From the NCBI RefSeq assembly GCF_009914755.1, contig NC_060938.1: 64,000 nt of DNA; one strand, 5' to 3'. Shown piece by piece: positions 17,570 through 36,265 of the stretch. The notes under the pieces were generated by a model that did no database searches, was not told where the DNA came from, and saw only the letters and a list, made by a program, of their open reading frames with translations. The translations under genes were made by a program, and so were the position numbers. Origin of the DNA: the human T2T-CHM13v2.0 reference genome, Homo sapiens. How positions within the stretch are numbered: position 1 is the stretch's first letter; every line of letters begins with the position of its first letter.

Positions 17570-17898
17570 CCTTTCTGTCTCTCTCTCTCTCTGTCCCTCT
17601 CTCTTTCTGTCTGTTCCTCTCTCTCTCTCTGTCTCTGTCTTTCTCTGTCTGTCTGCCTCTCTCTTTCTTTCTCTTTCTGTGTCTCTCTGTCTCTCTCTCT
17701 GTGCCTATCTTCTGTCTTACTCTCTTTCTCTGCCTGCCTGCCTGTCTGTCTGTCTGTCTCTCTCTGTCTCTCTCCCTGCCTTTCTGTTTCTCTCTCTCTC
17801 CCTCTCTCGCTCTCTCTGTCTTTCTCTCTTTCTCTCTGTTTCTCTGTCTCTCTCTGTCCGTCTCTGTCTTTTTCTGTCTGTCTCTCTCTTTCTTTCTG

Positions 17899-17931
<33 letters not shown>

Positions 17932-18027
17932 GCTTGTCTCTCTCACTGTGTCTGTCCTCTGTCTTACTCTCCTTCTCTGCCTGTCCGTCTGTCTGTCTGT
18001 CTCTCTCTCTCTCCCTCCCTTTCTGTT

Positions 18028-18070
<43 letters not shown>

Positions 18071-18991
18071 GTTTCTCTTTCTCTCTCTGTCTGTCTCTGT
18101 CTTTCTCTGTCTGTCTCTTTCTCTGTCTGTCTGTCTCCTTCTCTCTGTCTCCGTCTCTGTCTCTCTCTCTCTGTCTCTCTCTCTCTGCCTGTCTCACTGT
18201 GTCTGTCTTCTGTCTTATTCTCTTTCTCTGTCTGTCTGTCTCTCTCTCTCCCTTCCTGTCTCTTTCTCTCTCTCTCTCTCTTTCTGTCTGTTTCTCTCTG
18301 CCTGTCTCCGTCTTTCTCTGTCTGCCTCTCTCTTTCTTTTTCTGCGTCTCTCTGTCTCTCTCTCTCTGTGCCTATCTTCTGTCTTACTCTGTTTCTCTGC
18401 CTGCCTGTCTGTCTGTCTGTCTCTCTCTCTCTCTGTCTCTCTCTCTTTCTGTCTGTTTCTCTCTGTCTCTCTGTCCATCTCTGTCTTTCTCTGTCCGTCT
18501 CTCTCTTTCTCCCTGTCTCTGTCTCTGCCTCTGCCTCTCTCTCTCTCTGTCTCTCTCTTTCTATCTGTTTCTCTCTGTCTCTCTGTCCATCTCTGTCTTT
18601 CTCTGTCTGTCTCTCTCTTTCTCCCTGTCTCTGTCTCTGCCTCTCTCTCTCTCTCTCTGTCTGTCTCTCTCACTGTGTGTGTGTCTCTGTCTCTGCCTCT
18701 CTCTCTCTCTCTCTCTCTGTCTGTCTCTCTCACTGTGTGTGTCTGTCTTCTGTCTTACTCTCCTTCTCTGCCTGTCCGTCTGTCTGTCTGTCTCTCCCTC
18801 TCTCTCCCTCCCTTTCTGTTTCTCTCTCTCTCTCTCTCTCTTTCTGTCTGTTTCTCTCTTTCTCTCTCTGTCTGTCTCTTTCTCTGTCTGTCTGTCTCTC
18901 TCTTTCTTTTTCTCTGTCTCTCTGTCTCTCTCTGTGCCTGTCTCTCTGTCTGTGCCTATCTTCTGTCTTACTCTCTTTCTCTGGCTGACTG

Positions 18992-19034
<43 letters not shown>

Positions 19035-19135
19035 GTCTCCGTCCCTCCCTCCCTGTCTGTCTGTTTCTCTCTCTGTCCATTTCTGTCTGTCTCTTTCTCT
19101 TTCTCTCTCTTTCTTTCTCTCTGTCTCTCTCTGTC

Positions 19136-19184
<49 letters not shown>

Positions 19185-19392
19185 CTCTCTCACTGTGTCG
19201 GTCTTCTGTCTTACTCTCTTTCTCTGCCTGCCTCTCTGTCTGTCTGTCTGTCTCTCTCCCTCCATGTCTCTCTCTCTCTCTCTCTCACTCACTGTCTCTC
19301 CGTCTCTCTCTCTTTCTGTCTGTTTCTCTCTGTCTCTGTCTTTCTGTGTGTCTGTCTGTCTCTCTCTCTATTTGTCTTTCTCCCTCCCTGTC

Positions 19393-19433
<41 letters not shown>

Positions 19434-19510
19434 GTCTGTCTGTTTCTCTCTATCTCTCGCTGTCCATCTCTGTCTTTCTATGTCTGTCTCTTTCTCTGTC
19501 AGTCTGTCAG
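16856..19510 (+). repeat. CT/TCTG pyrimidine-rich array 1
   Basis: Almost A-free top strand; recurring TCTTCTGTCTTACTC marker. Confidence 0.97.
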
Positions 19511-19762
19511 ACACCCCCGTGCCGGGTAGGGCCCTGCCCCTTCCACGAAAGTGAGAAGCGCGTGCTTCGGTGCTTAGAGAGGCCGAGAGGAATCTAGACA
19601 GGCGGGCCTTGCTGGGCTTCCCCACTCGGTGTATGATTTCGGGAGGTCGAGGCCGGGTCCCCGCTTGGATGCGAGGGGCATTTTCAGACTTTTCTCTCGG
19701 TCACGTGTGGCGTCCGTACTTCTCCTATTTCCCCGATAAGCTCCTCGACTTCAACATAAACG

Positions 19763-24323
<4,561 letters not shown>

Positions 24324-24329
24324 TGTTAA

Positions 24330-24535
24330 GGCCGGACGCAACACGGCGAAACCCCGTCTCTACTAAAAATACAAAGCTGAGTCGGGAGCGGTGGGGCAGG
24401 CCCCTGTAATGCCAGCTCCTCGGGAGGCTGAGGCGGGAGAATCGCTTGAACCAGGGAAGCGGAGGCTGCAGGGAGCCGAGATCGCGCCACTGCACTACGG
24501 CCCAGGCTGTAGAGTGAGTGAGACTCGGTCTCTAA
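24330..24535 (+). mobile_element. Alu, left arm largely deleted
   Basis: GAAACCCCGTCTCTACTAAAAATACAAA...GAGAATCGCTTGAACC. Confidence 0.9.
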
Positions 24536-25729
24536 ATAAATACGGAAATTAATTAATTCATTAATTCTTTTCCCTGCTGACGGACATTTGCAGGCAGGCA
24601 TCGGTTGTCTTCGGGCATCACCTAGCGGCCACTGTTATTGAAAGTCGACGTGACACGGAGGGAGGTCTCGCCGACTTCACCGAGCCTGGGGCAACGGGTT
24701 TCTCTCTCTCCCTTCTGGAGGCCCCTCCCTCTCTCCCTCGTTGCCTAGGGAACCTCGCCTAGGGAACCTCCGCCCTGGCGGGGGCCCTATTGTTCTTTGA
24801 TCGGCGCTTTACTTTTCTTTGTGTTTTGGCGCCTAGACTCTTCTACTTGGGCTTTGGGAAGGGTCAGTTTAATTTTCAAGTTGCCCCCCGGCTCCCCCCA
24901 CTACCCACGTCCCTTCACCTTAATTTAGTGAGTCGGTTAGGTGGGTTTCCCCCAAACCGCCCCCCCCCCCCCCCCGCCTCCCAACACCCTGCTTGGAAAC
25001 CTTCCAGAGCCACCCCGGTGTGCCTCCGTCTTCTCTCCCCTTCCCCCACCCCTTGCCGGCGATCTCATTCTTGCCAGGCTGACATTTGCATCGGTGGGCG
25101 TCAGGCCTCACTCGGGGGCCACCGTTTTTGAAGATGGGGGCGGCACGGTCCCACTTCCCCGGAGGCAGCTTGGGCCGATGGCATAGCCCCTTGACCCGCG
25201 TGGGCAAGCGGGCGGGTCTGCAGTTGTGAGGCTTTTCCCCCCGCTGCTTCCCGCCTCAGGCCTCCCTCCCTAGGAAAGCTTCACCCTGGCTGGGTCTCGG
25301 TCACCTTTTATCACGATGTTTTAGTTTCTCCGCCCTCCGGCCAGCAGAGTTTCACAATGCGAAGGGCGCCACGGCTCTAGTCTGGGCCTTCTCAGTACTT
25401 GCCCAAAATAGAAACGCTTTCTGAAAACTAATAACTTTGCTCACTTAAGATTTCCAGGGACGGCGCCTTGGCCCGTGTTTGTTGGCTTGTTTTGTTTCGT
25501 TCTGTTTTGTTTTGTTCGTGTTTTTCCTTTCTCGTATGTCTTTCTTTTCAGGTGAAGTAGAAATCCCCAGTTTTCAGGAAGACGTCTATTTTCCCCAAGA
25601 CACGTTAGCTGCCGTTTTTTCCTGTTGTGAACTAGCGCTTTTGTGACTCTCTCAACGTGCAGTGAGAGCCGGTTGATGTTTACTATCCTTCATCATGACA
25701 TCTTATTTTCTAGAAATCCGTAGGCGAAT

Positions 25730-25815
25730 GCTGCTGCTGCTCTTGTTGCTGTTGTTGTTGTTGTTGTTGTCGTCGTTGCTGTTGTCGTTGTCGTTGTTGT
25801 TGTCGTTGTCGTTGT
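25730..25815. repeat. (GCT/GTT/GTC)n trinucleotide tract
   Basis: Read directly. Confidence 0.9.
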
Positions 25816-25889
25816 TTTCAAAGTATACCCCGGCCACCGTTTATGGGATCAAAAGCATTATAAAATATGTGTGATTATTTCTTGAGCAC

Positions 25890-26487
25890 GCCCTTCCTCC
25901 CCCTCTCTCTGTCTCTCTGTCTGTCTCTGTCTCTCTCTTTCTCTGTCTGTCTTCTCTCTCTCTCTCTCTGTGTCTCTCTCTCTCTGCCTGTCTGTTTCTC
26001 TCTCTCTGCCTCTCTCTCTCTCTCTCTCTCTGCCTGTCTCTCTCACTGTGTCTGTCTTCTGTCTTACTCCCTTTCTCTGTCTGTCTGTCGGTCTCTCTCT
26101 CTCTCTCTCCCTGTCTGTATGTTTCTCTCTGTCTCTGTCTCTCTCTCTCTTTCTGTTTCTCTCTCTCCGTCTCTGTCTTTCTCTGACTGTCTCTCTCTTT
26201 CCTTCTCTCTGTCTCTCTCTGCCTGTCTCTCTCACTCTGTCTTCTGTCTTACTCTCTCTCTCTGCCTGCCTGTCTCTCTCACTCTCTCTCTCTGTGTGTC
26301 TCTCTCTCTCTTTCTGTTTCTCTCTGTCTCTCTGTCCGTCTCTGTCTTTCTCTGTCTGTCTCTTTGTCTGTCTGTCTTTGTCTTTCCTTCTCTCTGTCTC
26401 TGTCTCTCTCACTGTGTCTGTCTTCTGTCTTAGTCTCTCTCTCTCTCTCTCCCTGTCTGTCTGTCTCTCTCTCTCTCTCCCCCTGTC

Positions 26488-26530
<43 letters not shown>

Positions 26531-27085
26531 TTGTCTTTCTTTCTGTCTCTGTCTCTCTCTCTCTCTCTGTGTGTCTGTCTTCTGTCTTACTGTCTTTCTC
26601 TGCCTGTCTGTCTGTCTGTCTCTCTCTGTCTGTCTCTCTCTCTCTCTCCCCCCTGTCGGCTGTTTCTCTGTCTCTGTCTGTGTCTCTCTTTCTGTCTGTT
26701 TCTCTCTGTCTGTCTTTCTCTCTCTGTCTCTTTCTCTCTGTCTCTCTGTCTGTCTCTGTCTCTCTCTCTGTCTCTCTCTCTCTGTGGGGGTGTGTGTGTG
26801 TGTGTGTATGTGTGTGTGTGTGTGTGTGTGTGTCTGCCTTCTGTCTTACTCTCTTTCTCTGCCTGTCTGTCTGCCTGTCTGTTTGTCTCTCTCTCTCTGC
26901 CTGTCTCTCTCCCTTCCTGTCTGTTTCTCTCTCTTTCTGTTTCTCTCTGTCTCTGTCCATCTCTGTCTTTCTCCGTCTGTCTCTTTATCTGTCTCTCTCC
27001 GTCTGTCTCTTTATCTGTCTCTCTCTCTCTTTCTGTCTTTCTCTCTCTGTGTATCGTTGTCTCTCTCTGTCTGTCTCTGTCTCTG

Positions 27086-27118
<33 letters not shown>

Positions 27119-27176
27119 GTCTGTCTGTCCGTCTGTCTGTCTCGGTCTCTGGCTCTCGCTATCTCCCGCCCTCTCT
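25890..27176 (+). repeat. CT/TCTG pyrimidine-rich array 3 with internal (TG)n
   Basis: Same marker motif; lies outside the long-repeat duplication. Confidence 0.95.
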
Positions 27177-28461
27177 TTTTTTGCAAAAGAAGCTCAAGTA
27201 CATCTAATCTAATCCCTTACCAAGGCCTGAATTCTTCACTTCTGACATCCCAGATTTGATCTCCCTACAGAATGCTGTACAGAACTGGCGAGTTGATTTC
27301 TGGACTTGGATACCTCATAGAAACTACATATGAATAAAGATCCAATCCTAAAATCTGGGGTGGCTTCTCCCTCGACTGTCTCGAAAAATCGTACCTCTGT
27401 TCCCCTAGGATGCCGGAAGAGTTTTCTCAATGTGCATCTGCCCGTGTCCTAAGTGATCTGTGACCGAGCCCTGTCCGTCCTGTCTCAAATATGTACGTGC
27501 AAACACTTCTCTCCATTTCCACAACTACCCACGGCCCCTTGTGGAACCACTGGCTCTTTGAAAAAAATCCCAGAAGTGGTTTTGGCTTTTTGGCTAGGAG
27601 GCCTAAGCCTGCTGAGAACTTTCCTGCCCAGGATCCTGTGTGACCAAAAGTGCCTCTGCTGGGAGCTGGGATCCTCGGGACCATGCTTGCTAGCGCTGGA
27701 TGAGTCTCTGGAAGGACGCACGGGACTCCGCAAAGCTGACCTGTCCCACCGAGGTCAAATGGATACCTCTGCATTGGCCCGAGGCCTCCGAAGTACATCA
27801 CCGTCACCAACCGTCACCGTCAGCATCCTTGTGAGCCTGCCCAAGGCCCCGCCTCCGGGGAGACTCTTGGGAGCCCGGCCTTCGTCGGCTAAAGTCCAAA
27901 GGGATGGTGACTTCCACCCACAAGGTCCCCACTGAACGGCGAAGATGTGGAGCGTAGGTCAGAGAGGGGACCAGGAGGGGAGACGTCCCGACAGGCGACG
28001 AGTTCCCAAGGCTCTGGCCACCCCACCCACGCCCCACGCCCCACGTCCCGGGCACCCGCGGGACACCGCCGCTTTATCCCCTCCTCTGTCCACAGCCAGC
28101 CCCACCCCACCACGCAACCCACGCACACACGCTGGAGGTTCCAAAACCACACGGTGTGACTAGAGCCTGACGGAGCGAGAGCCCATTTCACGAGGTGGGA
28201 GGGGTGGGGGTGGGGTGGGTTGGGGGTTGTGGGGTCTGTGGCGAGCCCGATTCTCCCTCTTGGGTGGCTACAGGCTAGAAATGAATATCGCTTCTTGGGC
28301 GGAGGGGCTTCCTTAGGCCATCACCGCTTGCGGGACTACCTCTCAAACCCTCCCTTGAGGCCACAAAATAGATTCCACCCCACCCATCGACGTTTCCCCC
28401 GGGTGCTGGATGTATCCTGTCAAGAGACCTGAGCCTGACACCGTCGAATTAAACACCTTGA

Positions 28462-28675
<214 letters not shown>

Positions 28676-28744
28676 TTCATTGGTTTTCACTGGAGATTCT
28701 AGATTCGAGCCACACCTCATTCCGTGCCACAGAGAGACTTCTTT

Positions 28745-31700
28745 TTTTTTTTTTTTTTAAGCGCAACGCAACATGTCTGCCTTATTTGAGTGGCTTCCTA
28801 TATCATTATAATTGTGTTATAGATGAAGAAACGGTATTAAACACTGTGCTAATGATAGTGAAAGTGAAGACAAAAGAAAGGCTATCTATTTTGTGGTTAG
28901 AATAAAGTTGCTCAGTATTTAGAGCTACCTAAATACGTCAGCATTTACACTCTTCCTAGTAAAAGCTGGCCAATCTGAATAATCCTCCTTTAAACAAACA
29001 CAATTTTTGATAGGGTTAAGATTTTTTTAAGAATGCGACTCCTGCAAAATAGCTGAACAGACGATACACATTTAAAAAAATAACAACACAAGGATCAACC
29101 AGACTTGGGAAAAAATCGAAAACCACACAAGTCTTATGAAGAACTGAGTTCTTAAAATAGGACGGAGAACGTAGCTATCGGAAGAGAAGGCAGTATTGGC
29201 AAGTTGATTGTTACGTTGGTCAGCAGTAGCTGGCACTATCTTTTTGGCCATCTTTCGGGCAATGTAACTACTACAGCAAAATGAGATATGATCCATTAAA
29301 CAACATATTCGCAAATCAAAAAGTGTTTCAGTAATATAATGCTTCAGATTTAGAAGCAAATCAAATGATAGAACTCCACTGCTGTAATAAGTCACCCCAA
29401 AGATCACCGTATCTGACAAAATAACTACCACAGGGTTATGACTTCAGAATCATACTTTCTCTTGATATTTACTTATGTATGTATTTATTTTTTTTAATTT
29501 ATTTCTCTTGAGACGGCGTCTCGCTCTGTCGCCCAGGCTGGAGTGCGATGGTGTGATCTCGGCTCACTGCAACCGCCACCTCCCTGGGTTCAAGCGATTC
29601 TCCTGCCTCAGCCTCCCGAGTAGCTGGGACTACAGGTGCCCGCCACCACGCCCAGCTAATCTTTATACTTTTAATAGAGACGGGGTTTCACCGTGTCGGC
29701 CCGGATGGTCTCGATCTCTTGACCTCGTGACCCGCCCGCCTCGGCCTCCCAAAGTGCTGGGATGACAGGCGTGAGCCACTGAGCCCGGCCTTCTCTTGAC
29801 GTTTAAACTATGAAGTCAGTCCAGAGAAACGCAATAAATGTCAACGGTGAGGATGGTGTTGAGGCAGAAGTAGGACCACACTTTTTCCTATCTTATTCAG
29901 TTGATAACAATATGACCTAGGTAGTAATTTCCTATGTGCCTACTTATACACGAGTACAAAAGAGTAAAACAGAGAGACTGCTAAATTAAAGGGTACGTGA
30001 AGTTCTTCATAGTAACTCCGTAAACTGGAACACTGTCAAAAAGCAGCAGCTAGTGAATTGTTTCCATGTATTTTTCTATGATCCAATAAGTGAACTATGC
30101 TATTCCTTTCCAGTCTCCCAAGCACTTCTTGTCCCCATCACCACTTCGGTGCTCGAAGAAAAAGTAACAAATCAAGGAACACAACTAAAGAAACACACAC
30201 ACAAACCAAAGACAACTACAGCGTCTGCAAAAGTTTGCTAGAAGACTGAAACTGTTGAGTATAAGGATCTGGTATTCTACGATCATGAGTTCACTTCAGA
30301 GTTTGTTCAAGACATACGTTTCGTAAGGAAACATCTTAGTTAGAAGTTATTCAGCAGTAGGTACCATCCCTAAGTATTTTTCACCAAATTCGTGACAATA
30401 AAGAGCTATCTAACCAGAAAAATTAGCGAGTACCGGCACCATCCATAGGGCTTTGTCTTTACGCTTCATTAGCACTTACCATGCCTTACAATGTCTAGGA
30501 TTGACCCTGATAGCATTTCGAAAACAAGCTAATGCTTTGTCCAGTTCTTCAGTGAAGACAAGCTCACGCCCTAATGCGCTATAGGCATAAGCATCATTTG
30601 GATCCACTTCGAGAGTTCTCTGGAAGAATTGAATCGCAATATCGTGTTCCCGTTGCAGACCGAAACAGTTCCCTGCAGCACACCAGGCCTCTGGCTGGCG
30701 AATTTTTATCCATGTCTGTGAAGTCTTTGGACAGAACTGAAAGAGCAACCTCTTTCGGAGGATGCCAAAGTGTTGTAGAGTAGATCTCCATGCCTTCGAC
30801 TCTGTAATTCTCAATCCTCCTAACCTCTGAGAATTGTCTTTCAGCTTGCGTGGACTCTGAAAGTTTACAATAGGCCCTTCCGATTTGGCACAGTACCCAA
30901 CCGGTATTGCAGTGGTGAGAAGCTAGATGGCTCAAGATGCTGATAGCTTCTTTGCCGTGGTAAGAACACAAAGCTAAATAACCTTTCCCCCTTTCACGAA
31001 GAAGGCTCATCAAGCCTTCCGCTGCTGCTTTTTGTAGATTAAAAGCCTGAATCTGAGGCGCGATTGCGGCTATTTTCCCTTCTGAAATGACGGAAGAGTC
31101 CAATTTTGTCACTTCCAGGCTATCACTTATGTTCGGTGGAGTTATTGCTCCTTTATTAGTTTTACTTTTGGTTCTTCTGTTTGGGATTTTAGGTGGAAAC
31201 TTCATTTTTAATTTTCTCCTATTCTCCTCGGTTGTGGAGCTGTCACTAGTCAAGAGTCGTGAATTTCTTCGAGGCGGTGCATTTGGGGGAGATGCCATAG
31301 TGGGGCTCAATACCTGAGGTGTTGCCCTTGTCGGCGGACCAGAACTTTGTGTTTTTGCAAGGACTGGAGTTACCTTTCGGCTCTTTCCCCTCTGCGAGAA
31401 GACAGACGGTGTTCCGGTTTGGCCGATTCTGGCAACAGGCTTTTTTGAAGGGGCTCCGGTGGATGGCACGTCAATGACAGACGGTGTCTCATACCAGTGC
31501 AGTTTTGTCAATAGGGTCCGTCTCCGGGACTTGGGGTTTCTAATGGCAAAATGCCAACACTTGGGGTTAATGGACTAACAGCTGCTGGTCCTCCTAATAA
31601 ACTTCGACCAGTTTTTGGTTTATGTTGAACCTGTTTAGATCATATGGAAGTTCCTGTTCCCAGTGGGACAGTATCAGGTGAAAGGACAGCTGAATCGATA

Positions 31701-32539
31701 GAAGACACTGGGGAGTCTGTATTCAAGGAGTACTTTGAATTGGAAGATTCTAAATTCCATCCGTTTCATTCGACGGTGTCCTGGGGTGTTTCCGTAAGAA
31801 CGGTCTCGGGCTGTCTGTGACATAAACTAGGACGAGGTCCAAGTGTTGTGGCGCAACACTTGGACAGGCAGTTGCTAAAGCTCTCTAGAGAGGTGAATCA
31901 AAATGTTTGGTCAGGATCTGGCTTTTCCCCCCTATTTCACATCATGATTCAAAGGGACACCAGAGGAAAGGATTTCAACGAAGGCTCTTTTGGTCACATT
32001 CTGATCCTTTGGTAAGCCGATCTGTCTTGCAATATACATGTCCCGACGATGGAAGGGGAAAGCGAGCTGAATCACCAAACTCAGGAACGATAATATCATC
32101 GTGGCTTTTCTGCTTATGAAACACTCCACCCGATAAGATTTGATCCCCTTCTGCAAGCTTGCTGAGATCAACACAACATTTCGCAAGCAGGCATTTGCAT
32201 TGCGGGGTAGTACAACTGTGTCCTTTCAAGAGTCTATATGTTTTATAGGCCTTTCCTGAGCGGTAAGAACAGGTCGCCAGTAAGAACAAGGCTTCTTCTG
32301 AGTGTACTTCTGCATAAAGGCGTTCTGCGGGGGAAACCGCATCTCGGTAGGCATAGTGGTTTAGTGCTTGCCATATAGCAGCCTGGACGGGTCCCTGCAG
32401 CACCGCCATCCTCGAGGCTCAGGCCCACTTTCTGCAGTGCCACAGGCACCCCCCCCCCCCCCATAGCGGCTCCGGCCCGGCCAGCCTCGGCTCATTTAAA
32501 GGCACCAGCCGCCGTTACCGGGGGATGGGGGAGTCCGAG
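28745..32539 (-). pseudogene. CDC27P: CDC27 (APC3) retro-pseudogene: 5'UTR, spliced CDS (ATG 32409 to 30480), apparent retained intron, poly(A)
   Basis: ORF fragments MAVLQGPVQAAIWQALNHYAYRDAV, NYRVEGMEIYSTTLWH and EAWCAAGNCF..REHDIAI match CDC27; frameshifts and stops; flanking 16-bp TSD. Confidence 0.95.
29472..29790 (-). mobile_element. Young-type Alu (AluY/Sc-like) inside the CDC27 retrocopy
   Basis: GGATGGTCTCGATCTC.TGACCTCGTGA; TSD-like TTCTCTTGATATTTA (29457) / TTCTCTTGACGTTTA (29791). Confidence 0.92.
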
Positions 32540-33064
32540 ACAGAATGACTTCTTTATCCTGCTGACTCTGGAAAGCCCGGCGCCTTGTGATCCATTGCAA
32601 ACCGAGAGTCACCTCGTGTTTAGAACACGGATCCACTCCCAAGTTCAGTGGGGGGATGTGAGGGGTGTGGCAGGTAGGACGAAGGACTCTCTTCCTTCTG
32701 ATTCGGTCTGCACAGTGGGGCCTAGGGCTGGAGCTCTCTCCGTGCGGACCGCTGACTCCCTCTACCTTGGGTTCCCTCGGCCCCACCCTGGAACGCCGGG
32801 CCTTGGCAGATTCTGGCCCTTCCTGGCCCTTCAGTCGCTGTCAGAAACCCCATCTCATGCTCGGATGCCCCGAGTGACTGTGGCTCGCACCTCTCCGGAA
32901 ACATTGGAAATCTCTCCTCTACGCGCGGCCACCTGAAACCACAGGAGCTCGGGACACACGTGCTTTCGGGAGAGAATGCTGAGAGTCTCTTGCCGACTCT
33001 CTCTTGACTTGAGTTCTTCGTGGGTGCGTGGTTAAGACGTAGTGAGACCAGATGTATTAACTCA

Positions 33065-33230
33065 GGCCGGGTGCTGGTGGCTCACGCCTGTAACCCCAAC
33101 ACTTTGGGAGGCCGAGGCCGTAGGATCCCTCGAGGAATCGCCTAACCCTGGGGAGGTTGAGGTTGCAGTGAGTGAGCCATAGTTGTGTCACTGTGCTCCA
33201 GTCTGGGCGAAAGACAGAATGAGGCCCTGC
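33065..33230 (+). mobile_element. Alu monomer or internally deleted Alu
   Basis: GGCCGGGTG..GGTGGCTCACGCCTGTAA; GAGGTTGCAGTGAG. Confidence 0.8.
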
Positions 33231-33329
33231 CACAGGCAGGCAGGCAGGCAGGCAGGCAGAAAGACAACAGCTGTATTATGTTCTTCTCAGGGTAGGAAGC
33301 AAAAATAACAGAATACAGCACTTAATTAA

Positions 33330-33630
<301 letters not shown>

Positions 33631-33674
33631 TACGTTTATTTATTTATTTTTTTAATTATTTTACTTTTTTTTAG

Positions 33675-34027
<353 letters not shown>

Positions 34028-34107
34028 TATTTATCTATTTATTAACTTTGAGTCCAGGTTATGAAACCAGTTAGTTTTTGTAATTTTTTTTTTTTTTTTT
34101 TTTTTTT

Positions 34108-34212
34108 TGAGACGAGGTTTCACCGTGTTGCCAAGGCTTGGACCGAGGGATCCACCGGCCCTCGGCCTCCCAAAAGTGCGGGGATGACAGGCGCGAGCCT
34201 ACCGCGCCCGGA
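34108..34212 (-). mobile_element. Alu left-arm fragment
   Basis: GAGACGAGGTTTCACCGTGTTGCC..CTCGGCCTCCCAAA. Confidence 0.8.
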
Positions 34213-35025
34213 CCCCCCCTTTCCCCTTCCCCCGCTTGTCTTCCCGACAGACAGTTTCACGGCAGAGCGTTTGGCTGGCGTGCTTAAACTCATTCTAAAT
34301 AGAAATTTGGGACGTCAGCTTCTGGCCTCACGGACTCTGAGCCGAGGAGTCCCCTGGTCTGTCTATCACAGGACCGTACACGTAAGGAGGAGAAAAATCG
34401 TAACGTTCAAAGTCAGTCATTTTGTGATACAGAAATACACGGATTCACCCAAAACACAGAAAGCAGTCTTTTAGAAATGGCCTTAGCCCTGGTGTCCGTG
34501 CCAGTGATTCTTTTCGGTTTGGACCTTGACTGAGAGGATTCCCAGTCGGTCTCTCGTCTCTGGACGGAAGTTCCAGATGATCCGATGGGTGGGGGACTTA
34601 GGCTGCGTCCCCCCAGGAGCCCTGGTCGATTAGTTGTGGGGATCGCCTTGGAGGGCGCGGTGACCCACTGTGCTGTGGGAGCCTCCATCCTTCCCCCCAC
34701 CCCCTCCCCAGGGGATCCCAATTCATTCCGGGCTGACACGCTCACTGGCAGGCGTCGGGCATCACCTAGCGGTCACTGTTACTCTGAAAACGGAGGCCTC
34801 ACAGAGGAAGGGAGCACCAGGCCGCCTGCGCACAGCCTGGGGCAACTGTGTCTTCTCCACCGCCCCCGCCCCCACCTCCAAGTTCCTCCCTCCCTTGTTG
34901 CCTAGGAAATCGCCACTTTGACGACCGGGTCTGATTGACCTTTGATCAGGCAAAAACGAACAAACAGATAAATAAATAAAATAACACAAAAGTAACTAAC
35001 TAAATAAAATAAGTCAATACAACCC

Positions 35026-35160
35026 ATTACAATACAATAAGATACGATACGATAGGATGCGATAGGATACGATAGGATACAATACAATACGATACGATAC
35101 AATACAATACAATACAATACAATACAATACAATACAATACAATACAATACAATACAATAC
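35026..35160. repeat. (AATAC/GATAC/GATAG)n pentamer array
   Basis: Read directly. Confidence 0.93.
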
Positions 35161-35445
<285 letters not shown>

Positions 35446-35527
35446 ATAAATACATAAATAAATACATACATACATACATACATACATACATAAATTAAAA
35501 TAAATAAATAAAATAAAATAAATAAAT

Positions 35528-35993
<466 letters not shown>

Positions 35994-36265
35994 TTAACTT
36001 CATTTTATGTTATTATCATGATTGATGTTTCGAGACGGAGTCTCGGAGGCCCGCCCTCCCTGGTTGCCCAGACAACCCCGGGAGACAGACCCTGGCTGGG
36101 CCCGATTGTTCTTCTCCTTGGTCAGGGGTTTCCTTGTCTTTCTTCGTGTCTTTAACCCGCGTGGACTCTTCCGCTCGGGTTTGACAGATGGCAGCTCCAC
36201 TTTAGGCCTTGTTGTTGTTGGGGACTTTCCTGATTCTCCCCAGATGTAGTGAAAGCAGGTAGATT

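Noticed and set aside
29072-29431. 119-aa hydrophobic ORF
   Set aside because: Lies in the intron-like part of the retrocopy; no recognisable homology; probably a chance ORF.
30476-32409. Functional CDC27 gene
   Set aside because: Split over several frames by frameshifts and stops, C-terminally truncated, with retrocopy hallmarks.
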